A stretch of 64,000 nucleotides of DNA from NCBI RefSeq assembly GCF_009914755.1, contig NC_060925.1; one strand, 5' to 3'. How positions within the stretch are numbered: position 1 is the stretch's first letter; each line of letters starts with the position of its first letter. A model generated the notes under the pieces. That model searched no databases. It saw only the letters and a program-made list of their open reading frames with translations, and was not told where the DNA came from. Below, piece by piece: positions 41,140-54,605 of this stretch. The stretch comes from the human T2T-CHM13v2.0 reference genome, Homo sapiens. A program made the position numbers and the translations under genes.

Positions 41140-41700
41140 CTAATAAATACAAACAGCAAAATAGAAAATATATGGAGGATATGAACAGGCAGTTAAAATA
41201 TACTAAGGCAATAAACATATTAAAAGATACCATCAATAATTTGATGAATAATAAAATTTTGTTATTTACAGCTCATATAGGCAAAAAAGCAAAGGTTTGA
41301 AATTATCAAATGTTGACTAGAGTATGGGAAAGCAAGATACAGTGCTCTGATGGGGAGGATGTAAATTAGTACCTTAAAAGGCAACTTGTTGATATCTGTT
41401 AAAATTTGATGCACATACACTGTGATGCAGTATCCAGGAGATGGAAGTAGTCATGCATATCCACAGAGAGGCTTGTACATTGATATTTACTGCAACACTG
41501 TGATGGCAAAGATGGGAAAGCTGGCTAAAACCCAACATTGGGAGAATAGGTAGATACTTTACGGCATAATCATATTATGGAACACTGCTCACCAATTAAA
41601 AAGAATAAGATCAAGTTATGTGTACCAAAAATATCTCCATACCTGTTATAGAGTGAAAGAAAAGCAGAACAATAACCTGACACCATTGATATATTAAAAC
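41140..41700 (+). mobile_element. Ancient L1M 3' fragment
   Basis: aaatatatggaggatatgaacaggcagtt...tcaaatgttgactagagtatgggaaa...tatggaacactg. Confidence 0.65.
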
Positions 41701-41722
41701 TTTAGATATCTTTGGGAGTATA

Positions 41723-42251
41723 TTTATAAACATTTTTGTTTATAAATGTTTATAAATAATTTTTTAATTGTTTAAATTGTTTATAAACGTTTATAAACAA
41801 TTTTTTAATTGTTTATAAATGTTTATAAACAATTTTTTAATTGTTTATAAATGTTTATAAACAATTTTTTAATTGTTTATAAATGTTTATAAACAATTTT
41901 TTAATTGTTTATAAATGTTTATAAACAATTTTTTAATTGTTTATAAATGTTTATAAACAAATTTTTAATTGTTTAAATTGTTTATAAATGTTTATAAACA
42001 ATTTTTTAATTGTTTATAAATGTTTATAAACAAGTTTTTAATTGTTTATAAATGTTTATAAACAAGTTTTTAATTGTTTATAAATGTTTATAAACAAGTT
42101 TTTAATTGTTTAAATTGTTTATAAATGTTTATAAACAAGTTTTTAATTGTTTAAATTGTTTATAAATGTTTATAAACAAGTTTTTAATTGTTTAAATTGT
42201 TTATAAATGTTTATAAACAATTTTTTAATTGTTTAAATTGTTTATAAATGT
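41723..42251. repeat. AT-rich quasi-palindromic minisatellite, ~15 units of 32 or 41 bp
   Basis: Unit AATTGTTTATAAATGTTTATAAACAA(T/G)TTTTT, with an optional extra AATTGTTTA. Confidence 0.97.
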
Positions 42252-42503
42252 AAAATAAAAACAAAAATGTGTTTAATTTTGTTAAAAACAAAAATGTTCA
42301 TAAATGTAAAAAACATGGAAGAATACAAATCAGACTGATAAAGAGAAGTCTGGAAAGCAGACTCACATTAGGGGCCACAGACCAAGGATACTTTTTCTCA
42401 TCATAATGCTTACTTTTTTGTTTAAAATTTTATGTTACTTGCACAATTGACAATCAATAAAAGTTTCAAAGTTACTTAAATTCGAGCAGCATATTATCAA
42501 TTA

Positions 42504-42824
<321 letters not shown>

Positions 42825-43798
42825 CCTTAAAACACACTAAATGAAGCTACTTTATTCTCTTAACTTTTGAGAGCTATATACAAAGTGTCATACTAAGAAA
42901 TAGTAAAATATGCTACCATAGGAAGTGAAATGTTTTCTGTTTAATTTCATAGTCTTACTAGTGTATTATGAATATGGCAGTGCATCTAATTATTCATTAT
43001 GTGGCTAAGTCATTGCAACTTTTAAAAAACTAGCTATGGATATTCCTGAAAAAATATTTATGGACTTTAAAGGTATGAGTCTTAGGATATCATAGACTTT
43101 AACAACCAAATTTTAAAATAAAACTGCTGCCAATTACATAAACTGAGCGTTTTATAGTAGTCAGTAAATGACTCTGTATAGTAGAAAAAGACTTCCTTGA
43201 CAATCATATACGAGCTTCTTTTGACATAAATATCTTTCAATATTTATGATTATGTAAGCATTTGTATTTATTACAATACTTATTTTTAGAGAAGTTGGTA
43301 TGATTATTGCCTTTAGTAAAAATAACCATTCATGATATTGTGAATACTCTTCTAGATATTATAATGATATTATTTAAAAATAATATTATTTGGTCCAAAA
43401 TCTATACTGTAATATTTAAAACTCTTAATTTTTCTTTTCCAGATAATGGTAGAATTTTAGCTATGCAAACCAAAAAATTTAAAAAAAGCTGAAAAAAGAA
43501 TAAGAATGGATGAATGAATAAAACAAATAATGACACTACTGGATTTCTATTAATATTATTATATAATTTAAGTTTGAAATGGAGGAACTTTTCATCTCAA
43601 AGAGATATTTATGATTACCTAACTTCTGTTAGCAAAGTGGTTTAAAACTTTTATTCTTGGAGTGCTAATCATATCATTTTATTTTTTAAATTAACTTTTA
43701 CTTGTATTTTTAGCCTGTACTAATGATTTTTGTTGTGATAAATAAGAAATGTGAAAAACTGAAAATAGACCCATGGAATAAAATTTTATTTTTTCTAG

Positions 43799-43953
43799 GC
43801 CTTTATTTTTGGGCGATCCTAATGTTGAACTTCTAGACAGAGGACAAGTCTTACATTTAAAGAATGCACGGAGAAATGACAAGGGGCGCTACCAATGTAC
43901 TGTGTCTAATGCAGCTGGCAAACAAGCCAAGGATATAAAACTGACTATCTATA
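43799..43953 (+). CDS. HMCN1: HMCN1 exon (~30): KPLFLGDPNVELLDRGQVLHLKNARRNDKGRYQCTVSNAAGKQAKDIKLTIY(I)
   Basis: ttttctag| and |gtaagt. Confidence 0.97.
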
Positions 43954-44917
43954 GTAAGTGCGATTGTCTTATGCTTTTTATTGTCTGCTCTCATTATAAG
44001 TTGACAAGCAGGGTTTACTGGTAACTACACTCTTATTTCATACTGAATAATTTGGAATACTACATACTTCAAGAGAAGAAGGAGCTTATCTTCATGTGTT
44101 TTAAAAGGCTAGAATATTGGATCAAATTTTAATGCCTTTTTTCATTAAATATGGTTGTCTTCAAAAGATCTAGTGATTTTTATATAATCTCACTTAGAGA
44201 GAGCAAGAATTTCCTAATTGGTTAGTATATACACAAACCAAATGTCTGTATCTTTGAAAGGAACAAAACAAACTTTAAAAATTATAGAGATTTATGAAAT
44301 AGAATGAAGTTGATGATATGCAGACAATTCAATTATTCTATTTGAATTCCATCGTGGCCGTTATCCTGACCATGTGATTATCTTTTAAATGCCTTATGTG
44401 TTTGTGCTACTGTTTTCTCCCAGCTATGTCCCCACCAAATATATGTAGCTCTTATTTTCCGTAACATTATCAGCCTCTTCTGAGGAGCGTGATTGCCAAA
44501 TTCATTTTAATTTTTACCAGTGGAGCCATAGGTAGGCACATGAATATTATGTTTCCAGCACAAAGATTTATACAATAGAAAGGAATGGAACTCAATAGAC
44601 CTGTAGTGCTCACTGCACTATCTTCTGTCTTTCCATGGTGTATGATGCTCAAGGAAAATTTAGACACCTCTTAGAATGTCACCTTCTCATAGGATCTTCC
44701 CATTAAAAGCAGTCACCTACTTACTCTCTTGTTTTCACAGCACACATCACTATCTGATATTTGATTGCTTAATTATAGGTTTATTTACTTATGATCTATT
44801 TCTTTCCCAGGAATTTAAACTTGATAAGAGTAGGCTTTTGTTTTGCATGTTCCCTACTTTAATGTTTGATACATAGCAAGTCTCAAGAAATATTTGCTAA
44901 ATGAATGAATGGTCTAG

Positions 44918-45231
44918 TGTTACACTGTCTAATATGGTAGTCACTAGCCACGTGAGGCTATTGAGCACTTGAAATGTAGCTAGTCCAAACTAAGATGCAC
45001 TGTTATATAAACTACACACCAGATATCAAAAGCTTAATATGAAAAATGTAATATATCTAATAATAACTTTACATTGATTATATCCAAAATGTTATTTTGG
45101 ATATATTGGGCAAAGTAAAATGTATTATTAGAATTAATTTCCTCTGTTTCTTTCCATATTTTTTAATGTGGCTACCAGAAAACTTAAAATTACATATGTG
45201 AGTTTGCATTTGATTTCTATTGAACAACACT
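44918..45231. mobile_element. MER33-like hAT MITE
   Basis: ctgtctaatatggtagtcactagccacgtgaggctattgagcacttgaaatgtagctagt...ctattgaacaacactg. Confidence 0.8.
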
Positions 45232-45254
45232 GGTTGAGTAATTAATAAGAGTTT

Positions 45255-45460
45255 GTGTTGAGGCCCAACCACTGCCACTGACTAGCTTTGTAACTGTGGA
45301 TAAATTTCCTAAACCCTCTGGGCTTCAGTTTTCTCAGCCTTAAAATGGGGATAATAATAGCACCTATGCAGTAGTGTTATTGTGAAGATCAAATGCTAGA
45401 TACTTTACGTGGATTATTGAGCTTATAGTAAGAGCCCAATAAATGTTATTCATTTATCAT
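45255..45460 (+). mobile_element. MIR SINE
   Basis: ctgccactgactagctttgtaactgtggataaa...cttcagttttctcagccttaaaatggggataataatagcaccta. Confidence 0.8.
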
Positions 45461-46543
45461 TATCTAATTAGTGATTGTATCATCTTAAAACTTAATGTAC
45501 ATATAGAATCTAGCTTGATTTCTATGTAATTTAATTGCTTTCCAAATCTCCCTTTTTAAATGTTACTGTCTTTATGTAAAGTTCAAATAGCTTTCTTGAA
45601 TCAAAGAAATTATATTTAATACAGGCTTTTAAATCATTTATATCTATAAATAAAAGCCTTTGGAAGAAATTAGTCATGAAAAGACATGTTCTCTAAAAAA
45701 GAATAACATTGCTGAAAGATTAACTATACAAGCATCCAAGTTAAACAGAAGTGCTATTGGTACCATTGGCTTCCCACCAGAGCCAGACTTTTAAACAATA
45801 GGTGCAATATTTTTCCCAAGCTGTTGAGTAGTCTTCTCTGCACTATTGTATTTTTGCCAGGATCTGTGATGAATACATTTTGGTGATTCAATAAGACTCT
45901 TATTTCCATGGGACTTGGGTTCTTTCATTTTAGATCCTCTTGTTCACTCTGTATGATGCCCCCAGGCACCCAGAAAAGAGGGCTCTATAATGATTAAACC
46001 TTCTGAGATTGTCTGAGATAAAAGGCATTGTCATGTAGCAAAGTTTTAAATATTATAATTCAGGAAATAGTGTCATTTCCTCTTTAGCAATGCTCGCCTG
46101 CATCTCTTAGGCTTAAATTTATTTCACTTGTGAAAATGCTTTTGTTCTTAAAATGAAAAAAAAAAGTAAAACAGGTATCATGCTTTGGCTAACTGTGAAG
46201 AATACATATGTAGATTTCAGATTGAGAGTGTGTTTCATACTACACTTGATTCATTCCTTTTCCTTACTTACTGCTATGAGAATGAAGCAGGTGGGTTGAT
46301 ACACTTAAAAGGTATAAATGAACATTGTGCCTGAATAAGGAAAGAAACTGAGACAAAATACAAGAGAAAAATAAAAGAGATGGAGGATAAAAAAGAAAAA
46401 GAAGAATGTCAAACAGGGAAAAAAGTAAATGAAGTTTTAATATCCTATCAGGAGATTGTGCAGATTTACTAGTAGTTCTGAGGCAAAGATTTGTAAACTG
46501 TGGTCCACAGATGAGTTTTGGAGGTTTGAGAGCTTCCCTAAGT

Positions 46544-46810
46544 CAGCAGTCCCCAACCATTTTGGCACCAGGGTCGGTTTTGTGGAACGAAACTGTTCCA
46601 CTGAACATCATCAGGCATTAGTTGGATTCTCACGAGAAGCCAGCAAAATAGAGTTCGCGCTCCTATGAGAATCTGATGCCCTCGTTGAGATGACAGGAGA
46701 CAGAGCTCAGGTGGTAATGCTTGCTCGTCCGTCACCTCCTGCTGTAGGGCCCAGTTCCTAACAGGCCATGGATCCGAACCCTTCCATGGCCCAGGGGTTG
46801 GGAACTCCTG
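46544..46810 (+). mobile_element. MER1B-like hAT element, internally deleted
   Basis: TIRs cagcagtccccaacc / ggttgggaactcctg; 8-bp TSD ccctaagt/ccctaaat. Confidence 0.88.
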
Positions 46811-47705
46811 CCCTAAATTGCATAAAAGTCTTGAGGGGTGTGCGTGTCTGTGTGTGTGTCTGTGTCTGTGTGTATATATGTGTGTGTGTGGGGGTACATG
46901 GGTGTATCTATACATGCATATATATGTACAGTTTAATGAGCAGTGTATTCATAATTTTTATTTGTATTCCCTTCCCCCAAATGGAAGTATAGTTCTCTGG
47001 CAAATATGTATGAATTAAAATGGAAGAGGAAGTGAAATATTTATGTATTTGTCAAATTTAAGCAGTGGATGCTATGTTATTACACCATCAATTGCAAATA
47101 TTCTTTGAGTAATTTTTCTCATTTTCGTAAATACAAACTTTTAAAGTAGATCCTTCCTGATACAAATGGTATCCTTTCTAAAGAATTCACAAAGTATGTG
47201 GATTTGTTTGAACCTGTGTTCTTGGTTTCATTAATATATTATCCAAGTGGTTAGGCTGGCCAGCGATTTATGCAATTTGAGCCAAAGTTTGATAGGCATT
47301 TATAGATTAACATATGATATAAATAATCTCAATCAAAATTAAAATTTAAAACATGAGTAAAATGCTCTTTCTTAGGATTTCAAAATAGTAGCTTGAATTT
47401 GTTAATTAATTACCGATAGCAGGACTTGGCAAACCTTTTTTATAAAGGGCAATATAGTAAATATTTTAGGCTTTGCAGACCATTAGGCAAAATAAAGGAG
47501 ATAATATAGATACTTATAAGAAAGAAACAAATTTCTACAAAATTGTTTGTTTGTGAAATTCCATTTATTTGATAGTTTTTTTAAATTATAAACTTTTTGT
47601 AATACAAATCTACTAATGAGAAAAATAGAGTTATTTTGTGGGGAAACATTTGAAGTTAGTATTCTCTATCATCAAAATCAATTGCAAATGTTCATCTGCT
47701 ACTGG

Positions 47706-48015
<310 letters not shown>

Positions 48016-49084
48016 TACTGCTGATTTTTAATGCGATTTTACCTATTTCGTCTTTGAAAATGTTTCTTCATACAGCTAAGTACTGCCTAGTACTGATATC
48101 ATTTCACAGGCATATTATTTTAATTGTGCATATTCATTGCTTGGAAGGCATTACAGAATGTTGTTATATTATTCTCTTGATATGTGACTGCCAATTAATA
48201 AATTCTAGGTGAAGGTTAGGTGGAAAGCCCTCACTTTCAAAGATAACTAAATTTTGAATGTGAAAATTTTCTTTGCATTTGCCTCAAGGTGTGACACACT
48301 GCTAGAACTGTAATTTGAGCTCAGAAAATATATCCACTGCAAATTTGTGAAGGAATCTAGATCTCACTTTTTGCTTGAACTTTTGACAGCATGGAGAATG
48401 CATAAAGCTGCTTGACATTACTTGTGACTAAAACAACACAATGACTACCATGGTATATAGTTTGCATACATGTACTTTTTTGGTCTGGTAATTTGGGGTT
48501 GGACTCATTTTGAAACACTATGAAGTTTACAGTAAAACTAATTTCCAAAAGCATTCAGTATTCAATAAGAGTGTTTAAGAATGATTCTTTTCATTCAGAA
48601 AGAAGTTCAGTCTCAGCCCTGAACTCAAAAAAAGTACAATGAAACTTCATCACCACTAACGCATTGACCTGCTGTGTGGTAAGGCCAGTCAGGATATTCA
48701 GTTTGACTTCTGACAAAAAGTCATAGAACTGATGATGTTTAACTATATGAGAGCAAACAAAATACACCATTTAACACTACTGGTTCAATGACACCTGATC
48801 TTTTACACAAAGTGCTTGCTGGCGAATAATACAATGAAAAAACATAGATTTTTTTTAACACTTTACATTGTAATAAGCTTTGTAAACTTGTCTAAGCCTT
48901 TTTTTTTTTGCTTCAACGTATATTTTTACCAACATCAATTGTAACAAATCTTAAAAGATTCTGCTTCAGGTTATAATAAATTAGTGTTTTTTTCAAATTT
49001 TCTGAAAATATTTTTGACTGTAGTTGTTTCACAGACGGCTCTAAGAGGCTAATCCTTCAGGTTTTTTTTGGTATTTTTTTTTTG

Positions 49085-49365
49085 TACTTTCATTGGTTCC
49101 TCAAATAAACAAGAACAGGTGAGCAGTGTCAGTAACATCTGTCAACTTGTCAAAAGTCAAGAATACTATTGAGGAAAAAGTTGTCTTAAAAAAAAATTTA
49201 CTATTGATGTTGCTCCCAGTGTTCTCAACTCTTCAAGCAATTATTCTCGCTGAAAGGCTAAGAATCCTTAACACATTTATTTTCTTTAGACCCGTTTCTT
49301 TTGCCTCTGAGATCATATCTGATTTAATTAAATCACCATTGGTAAATGGCTTTCCTTGGTTGGCT
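49085..49365 (-). pseudogene. Decayed hAT (Charlie/Buster-type) transposase segment
   Basis: Hand translation: ANQGKPFTNGDLIKSDMISEAKETGLKKINVLRILSLSARIIA*RVENTGSNINS...LTFDKLTDVTDTAHLFLFI*G, which resembles the KPFTDGELIK...LSARTVARR...DESTDVTDTAQL motifs. Confidence 0.78.
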
Positions 49366-50249
49366 AACAAATGAGCCTCTCAGAAATTTAGTTTGGTTGT
49401 AGCCTTATTTTGGCTTTTTATTTTTGTGAAGAAATTTGCTATGATAAAACATTTAATTTTATGTTTTCTAATTTTTCAAACTGTTGATTTTGAAAAATCG
49501 GGAATATTGTGGTGGCTGCTTAGTCTAGTGTTTATTAGAACAGGTATAGTGTTACAAAATAAACACAGTATTTTGCCCTTTAATTTGATAACTAAATACT
49601 CCACACTGTGCTGTGTCTTTAAAAATTAGATATTTCACCATTTTTTTCTTGTTCTGACATGAGGAGTATTCACTGGTGATGAAATTAAATAAAATATCAC
49701 AGTATGGTGATATGCATAGCATAAAAATGCTATCAAGTTGTAACTATGCCACCAAAATTTACAGTAAGCTGAACAGAGGTAGCAGCAATGAGAATACCGT
49801 ATTTGGTTTTTGCTTTAACTCTTTACTCTGCTACTGTTGAGTAAAAGCCGTAGACAATATATAAATGAATGAATGTGACTGTATCCCAACAAAACTCTAT
49901 TGACACTAAAGTTTGAGTTTCATATAATTTTTACATGTCACAAAATGTTATTATTTTGATTTTTGTCAACAATTAAGAAATATAAAAGCCATTTTTAGCT
50001 TAGCATCTCCTGGCCTGTGGGCCACAGTTGATTGACGCTGATATTTATAGTAAGCCTCCTGAGATAAAAATGATTCTATCGTCGAATTCACCTCAAAGTA
50101 TAGTAGATCTTGCCTTAAGTTATGTGTGAGAAAAATATGTGTACATAAATGTTTGTCAGTATGGACTAGTTCTAAGAATGATTACCAGAAAATATTAAGG
50201 TACACCACTCAGCATCCAGATCTTGTTTTCTAATATCCTTTTCCATTAA

Positions 50250-50900
50250 AAGGGACCAGGCTCCTTGGAGAAATGGTTAAGTCTGGAGCTGGGGCAGGGA
50301 ATACACAAGATGATGCTGGAGCATGTAGTAAGGCCGAAAGTAAGGAAGTGAGTGCAAACAATAAAACAAAACAAAATAAAATAATAAAATAAAATAGTGA
50401 GGGTATATTGAAGCGACTTAAGAGCCAATTGAAAGACCTCCCAATAGCCAAAACTGGATAAGTAATGTAGTACTGGATGTAACCCAAGGCATTTAAGTTT
50501 CTGTGAGTCCATATTGATATAAATAAGTGATTGACTCAATAAATAAAGTGAAAAGCAGAGACACATCTTCCATAGAGAAGAATTATAAATAAATTATGTA
50601 GGTAGTCCCCACTCATAGAAGTAGAACATAATTCCTTACTCCATTTCTATCGGCTGGAATAAGGACTGCCTTCAAAGGAAAGGGGAAGAAAAAGAGTAAC
50701 TTTACAGTGGAGAAATATGGCAAACACTACCTTAGCCGGGTTACCAAAGGTACATGCTGTCAGCATAACTTAGCACAGGTCTCAGTGATAAGTCATGTTG
50801 ATAGCATGTACGTTTGGTAGCATGTGATGAAAATAGCACTTTACCTGTATGGGCTGCCTCTCAAAATCCATAATCCTAGCTTAACCATGAGAAAAACATT
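50250..50900 (+). mobile_element. Old L1MC/MD-type 3' UTR fragment
   Basis: gggaccaggctccttggagaaatgg...agagtaactttacagtggagaaa...agtcatgttgatagcatgtac. Confidence 0.7.
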
Positions 50901-50995
50901 CTATCAAATATTCTATTCTAAAACTTAAAAGTTTGTAAGATTATATTGATACTTATATAGATTATATTGATACTTAAAAGTTTATAAGATTATAT

Positions 50996-51082
50996 ATATA
51001 TATATTTTATTATACTTTAAGTTCTAGGGTACATGTGCACATTGTGCAGGTTAGTTACATATGTATACATGTGCCATGCTGG
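50996..51082 (-). mobile_element. Very short 5'-truncated young L1PA 3' end with a 14-bp TSD
   Basis: Minus strand: ccagcatggcacatgtatacatatgtaactaacctgcacaatgtgcacatgtaccctagaacttaaagtataataaa; TSD TTATAAGATTATAT at 50982-50995 and 51083-51096. Confidence 0.93.
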
Positions 51083-51830
51083 TTATAAGATTATATTGAT
51101 ACTCAAATTCATACACATGCCATTTGATTTTTTTAAAATTGTTGCAATGATAGCATGATCCTGGAATGACCATATTTAGAATTTGCAGGAGAGACTGAGT
51201 GACTTGAGTTGTTTTCCTAGCAGCACAGCCCTTATGTAGTGTGAGAGGCCAGACTTGTGGTTGCTGAATTGTAGGAGATATACATGTAGACAATTGGATG
51301 AGTAAAGTTGAGTGAATGGAGTCTTGGCAGTCCCCACCTCCCCCCCAAAAAAAGAAAAAAATAGCAAGAAGCAAAAATTGAAGACTCTGCAGCTATTATG
51401 AATAGCTGGTTCTGAAAACACTTAGACCTTTAGTATTGGGGAGAGGGCATACAGTTGTACCACATGTGACATTTTTGCTCCCTTGGCCTGATTTGAAACT
51501 TGCTGTGTCTCCTTTGAGTGGGGTTTTATTTTGTTTTGCTTTGTTGGTTAAACATAACTATCTTAGTTATTCTACTGTGATCTTGAACCTAAATGACTCC
51601 CTGAAATGGAATCTGTGACTTTCTGTTTTTACTGAAATCTGAAACCCAAAAGGGGAATGATAAAGATGGTTTTGACAATAGAGGAAACTCATTATCAGGA
51701 GATAAACCACAGACTTCCTAATTGTCTTTAATTTACTTTAAATGCATTGTTTAAACATCTATAGCATTTAAGATTTTGATGAAGATGCTGAAACTTAGAT
51801 GACTTGTTTTTGTTCTGAAATCCTTTGTAG

Positions 51831-52109
51831 TTCCACCTAGTATTAAAGGAGGAAATGTCACCACAGACATATCAGTATTGATCAACAGCCTTATTAAACT
51901 GGAATGTGAAACACGGGGACTTCCAATGCCTGCCATTACTTGGTATAAGGACGGGCAGCCAATCATGTCCAGCTCACAAGCACTTTATATTGATAAAGGA
52001 CAATATCTTCATATTCCTCGAGCACAGGTCTCTGATTCAGCAACATATACGTGTCATGTAGCCAATGTTGCTGGAACTGCTGAAAAATCATTCCATGTGG
52101 ATGTCTATG
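51831..52109 (+). CDS. HMCN1: HMCN1 exon (~31), one complete Ig domain: IPPSIKGGNVTTDISVLINSLIKLEC...DSATYTCHVANVAGTAEKSFHVDVY(V)
   Basis: ctttgtag| and |gtgagg; 279 nt, phase 1-1. Confidence 0.97.
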
Positions 52110-52629
52110 GTGAGGAACAACATATGCTTTAATTATATACCTTTCTACCTATGCTTTCTAATAGGCAAATATCGAATTTATTCACTAATAGTCCTTGGTG
52201 GGTTTGTCTTTTTCAATATGCATGGATAGGAATTGGAAGAATTTGTTCCATGATTTGGAAAAATATTTTTAAAACCTAAGGTTAGCAAGAAGGTGTCCAT
52301 TCATTCAACTAACCTTTGTCATGGCACTTGGAGCATCTAGACAATTTGGCTATTACTGAAAAGGCAAAGTAGTTGTTGGGACAAAAATCATTCTCTACTA
52401 TTTGTCCTTTATAAGCCAGAAAGTCCAGAGTTTCCAGAATAATTAGGACAGTTACAGTTTAGCTGAACCAAGAAATTCTTTCCTCAATAGCTTAGAGGGA
52501 GACAGGCATATAGGTAGATTTTAATGGTCAAACTTTGTGAGAAAAAACAAAAGCTCTTCTTTATTTCATTAGAATGTATTTTGTGACCACACAAATAATT
52601 GCCTGAAATATTGCTATGTTTCTCCCTAG

Positions 52630-52911
52630 TTCCTCCAATGATTGAAGGCAACTTGGCCACGCCTTTGAATAAGCAAGTAGTTATTGCTCATTCTCTGACA
52701 CTGGAGTGCAAAGCTGCTGGAAACCCTTCTCCCATTCTCACCTGGTTGAAAGATGGTGTACCTGTGAAAGCTAATGACAATATCCGCATAGAAGCTGGTG
52801 GGAAGAAACTCGAAATCATGAGTGCCCAAGAAATTGATCGAGGACAGTACATATGCGTGGCTACCAGTGTGGCAGGAGAAAAGGAAATCAAATATGAAGT
52901 TGATGTCTTGG
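52630..52911 (+). CDS. HMCN1: HMCN1 exon (~32), one complete Ig domain: VPPMIEGNLATPLNKQVVIAHSLTLEC...DRGQYICVATSVAGEKEIKYEVDVL(V)
   Basis: ctccctag| and |gtaaat; 282 nt, phase 1-1. Confidence 0.97.
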
Positions 52912-53634
52912 GTAAATAAGGATGCCACTGCCTGGGTTCTCAGATTCATAGCAAAACCTGATTAGTTTGTTAAATACTTTTTTGTTCATGCAATAATAAA
53001 ACAATCTAAAAGAAGGTATAGTCCTCTGTGCAACTGTGGATTGCACATTACCAAGGGGTGGATTTGTCACCAGAGTCTCAGGTTCTAGAATCTTACATAA
53101 ATCTTCCACTGATTTTGATAAGTATACTTGATATTTGCAAGTGCATAGATACATTTTTACGTCTATGACAATGTCTAATCGCAATGAGCAACAACATGGT
53201 CTTTTGTCATAAGCATTGTGCCAGATAACAGGAAACTCAGTCTCTGGGCCTTGGAAAGTCATCTTACCTTGAAACTCAGTATCTTTATCTATAAATTGAA
53301 GGCTTTTGAATAGATGCCCAATTTTGGGGGTTTCTTTCTCTTGTGCTTATGAAAATAAACAATATAAAATATGAATCAACTTTATATTCACCTGGCATCA
53401 GTGGCACCATAGTACTAGATGGAGGAATAGGTATGATATGTTAAAAGTATGTTTATTGATCCTGACAAGGCTTTATTGTAAAATGTATTTACAATGCATT
53501 TCAAGTCCCCTTCATGTATCAAACCACTATGATACCTATCAATCTTCTGAACTGCTATGTATTATTGCTTCATATGATGGTGTGTTTTTTGTTGTATACA
53601 TTTCTTTGCATGTTACATTCCTGTTGTTTTCTAG

Positions 53635-53743
53635 TGCCACCAGCTATAGAAGGAGGAGATGAAACATCTTACTTCATTGTGATGGTTAATAACTTACTGG
53701 AGCTAGATTGTCATGTGACAGGCTCTCCCCCACCAACTATCAT
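53635..53743 (+). CDS. HMCN1: HMCN1 exon (~33): VPPAIEGGDETSYFIVMVNNLLELDCHVTGSPPPTI(M)
   Basis: ttttctag| and |gtaagg; ends in phase 2. Confidence 0.96.
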
Positions 53744-53940
53744 GTAAGGGTTTTGGTATGTCTTCTAAATACCTCCTGTTTTTTGTTTTGAGTGTTTTAG
53801 AGCTATCTTGAAAGCTGTTCTGTATCATTAAAAAGGATTGTATGAAATTGTATTCTTTATATTCCTCTTTTAAAAGACATGCTCTATATACAAGGCAATG
53901 TCTACTTGATAGTCCAAAGGCACCTAAATTTGCTCAATTA

Positions 53941-54016
53941 GAGGAATTCCATTGTATGGACTTAGAAATTACAAATTTTGAGGAATTCCATTGTATGGTA
54001 TAGAAATTACATATTT
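53941..54016. repeat. Two-copy ~39-bp tandem duplication
   Basis: gaggaattccattgtatgg..tagaaattaca twice. Confidence 0.9.
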
Positions 54017-54444
54017 AATTCACAGAGACAGTCTATTAAGCAGCATTGTCAGACTTTCCTGAGGTACTGAAATGTTTAACAGACTACTAAATAAAAAGGA
54101 GTATACCAGACATAGTAGGTAAATAGAGAAAGTTAACATGAGTATGTGTTTACCAATTTTTTTTCTTCTTCTTTAATTTTCAAAGCATGTATTGAATATT
54201 TAGCTTTTGTTTCCAAGTCACTATGGGATATGCAGAGGAAGAGTTAGTCAGTGAAGGAAATGAGATAGGTTCACACATGATTATAAAACTAACTGGAATG
54301 TGAAATTCAGAAATGTAAAAATATAATGCTATATGATTTCAAAGTTTTGTCTATAGTTGTTTTAAGATTGTGTATGTTTTGCTGGTTATTATTTAAACAT
54401 TGAAGAGAGTAATATTTAGGAGCACTTGTCTCTTTTCTAATTAA

Positions 54445-54605
54445 TTTTTCTAATTTTTAATTTTTTTGGTACATAGTGGGTGTATACATTTATGGGTTAC
54501 ATGAGATATTTTTATTCAGGTATGCATGCGTAATAATCATGTCATGGTAAATGGGATATCCATCACCTCAAGCATTTATCCTTTGTATTACAAACAATCC
54601 AATAC
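54445..54605 (-). mobile_element. L1MA 3' end fragment
   Basis: ggtacatagtgggtgtatacatttatgggttacatgagatattt...gggatatccatcacctcaagcatttatcctttgtattacaaacaatcc. Confidence 0.82.

Noticed and set aside
41723-42251. Possible CRISPR-like array
   Set aside because: The units are head-to-tail with no unique spacers, and the context is a eukaryotic intron.
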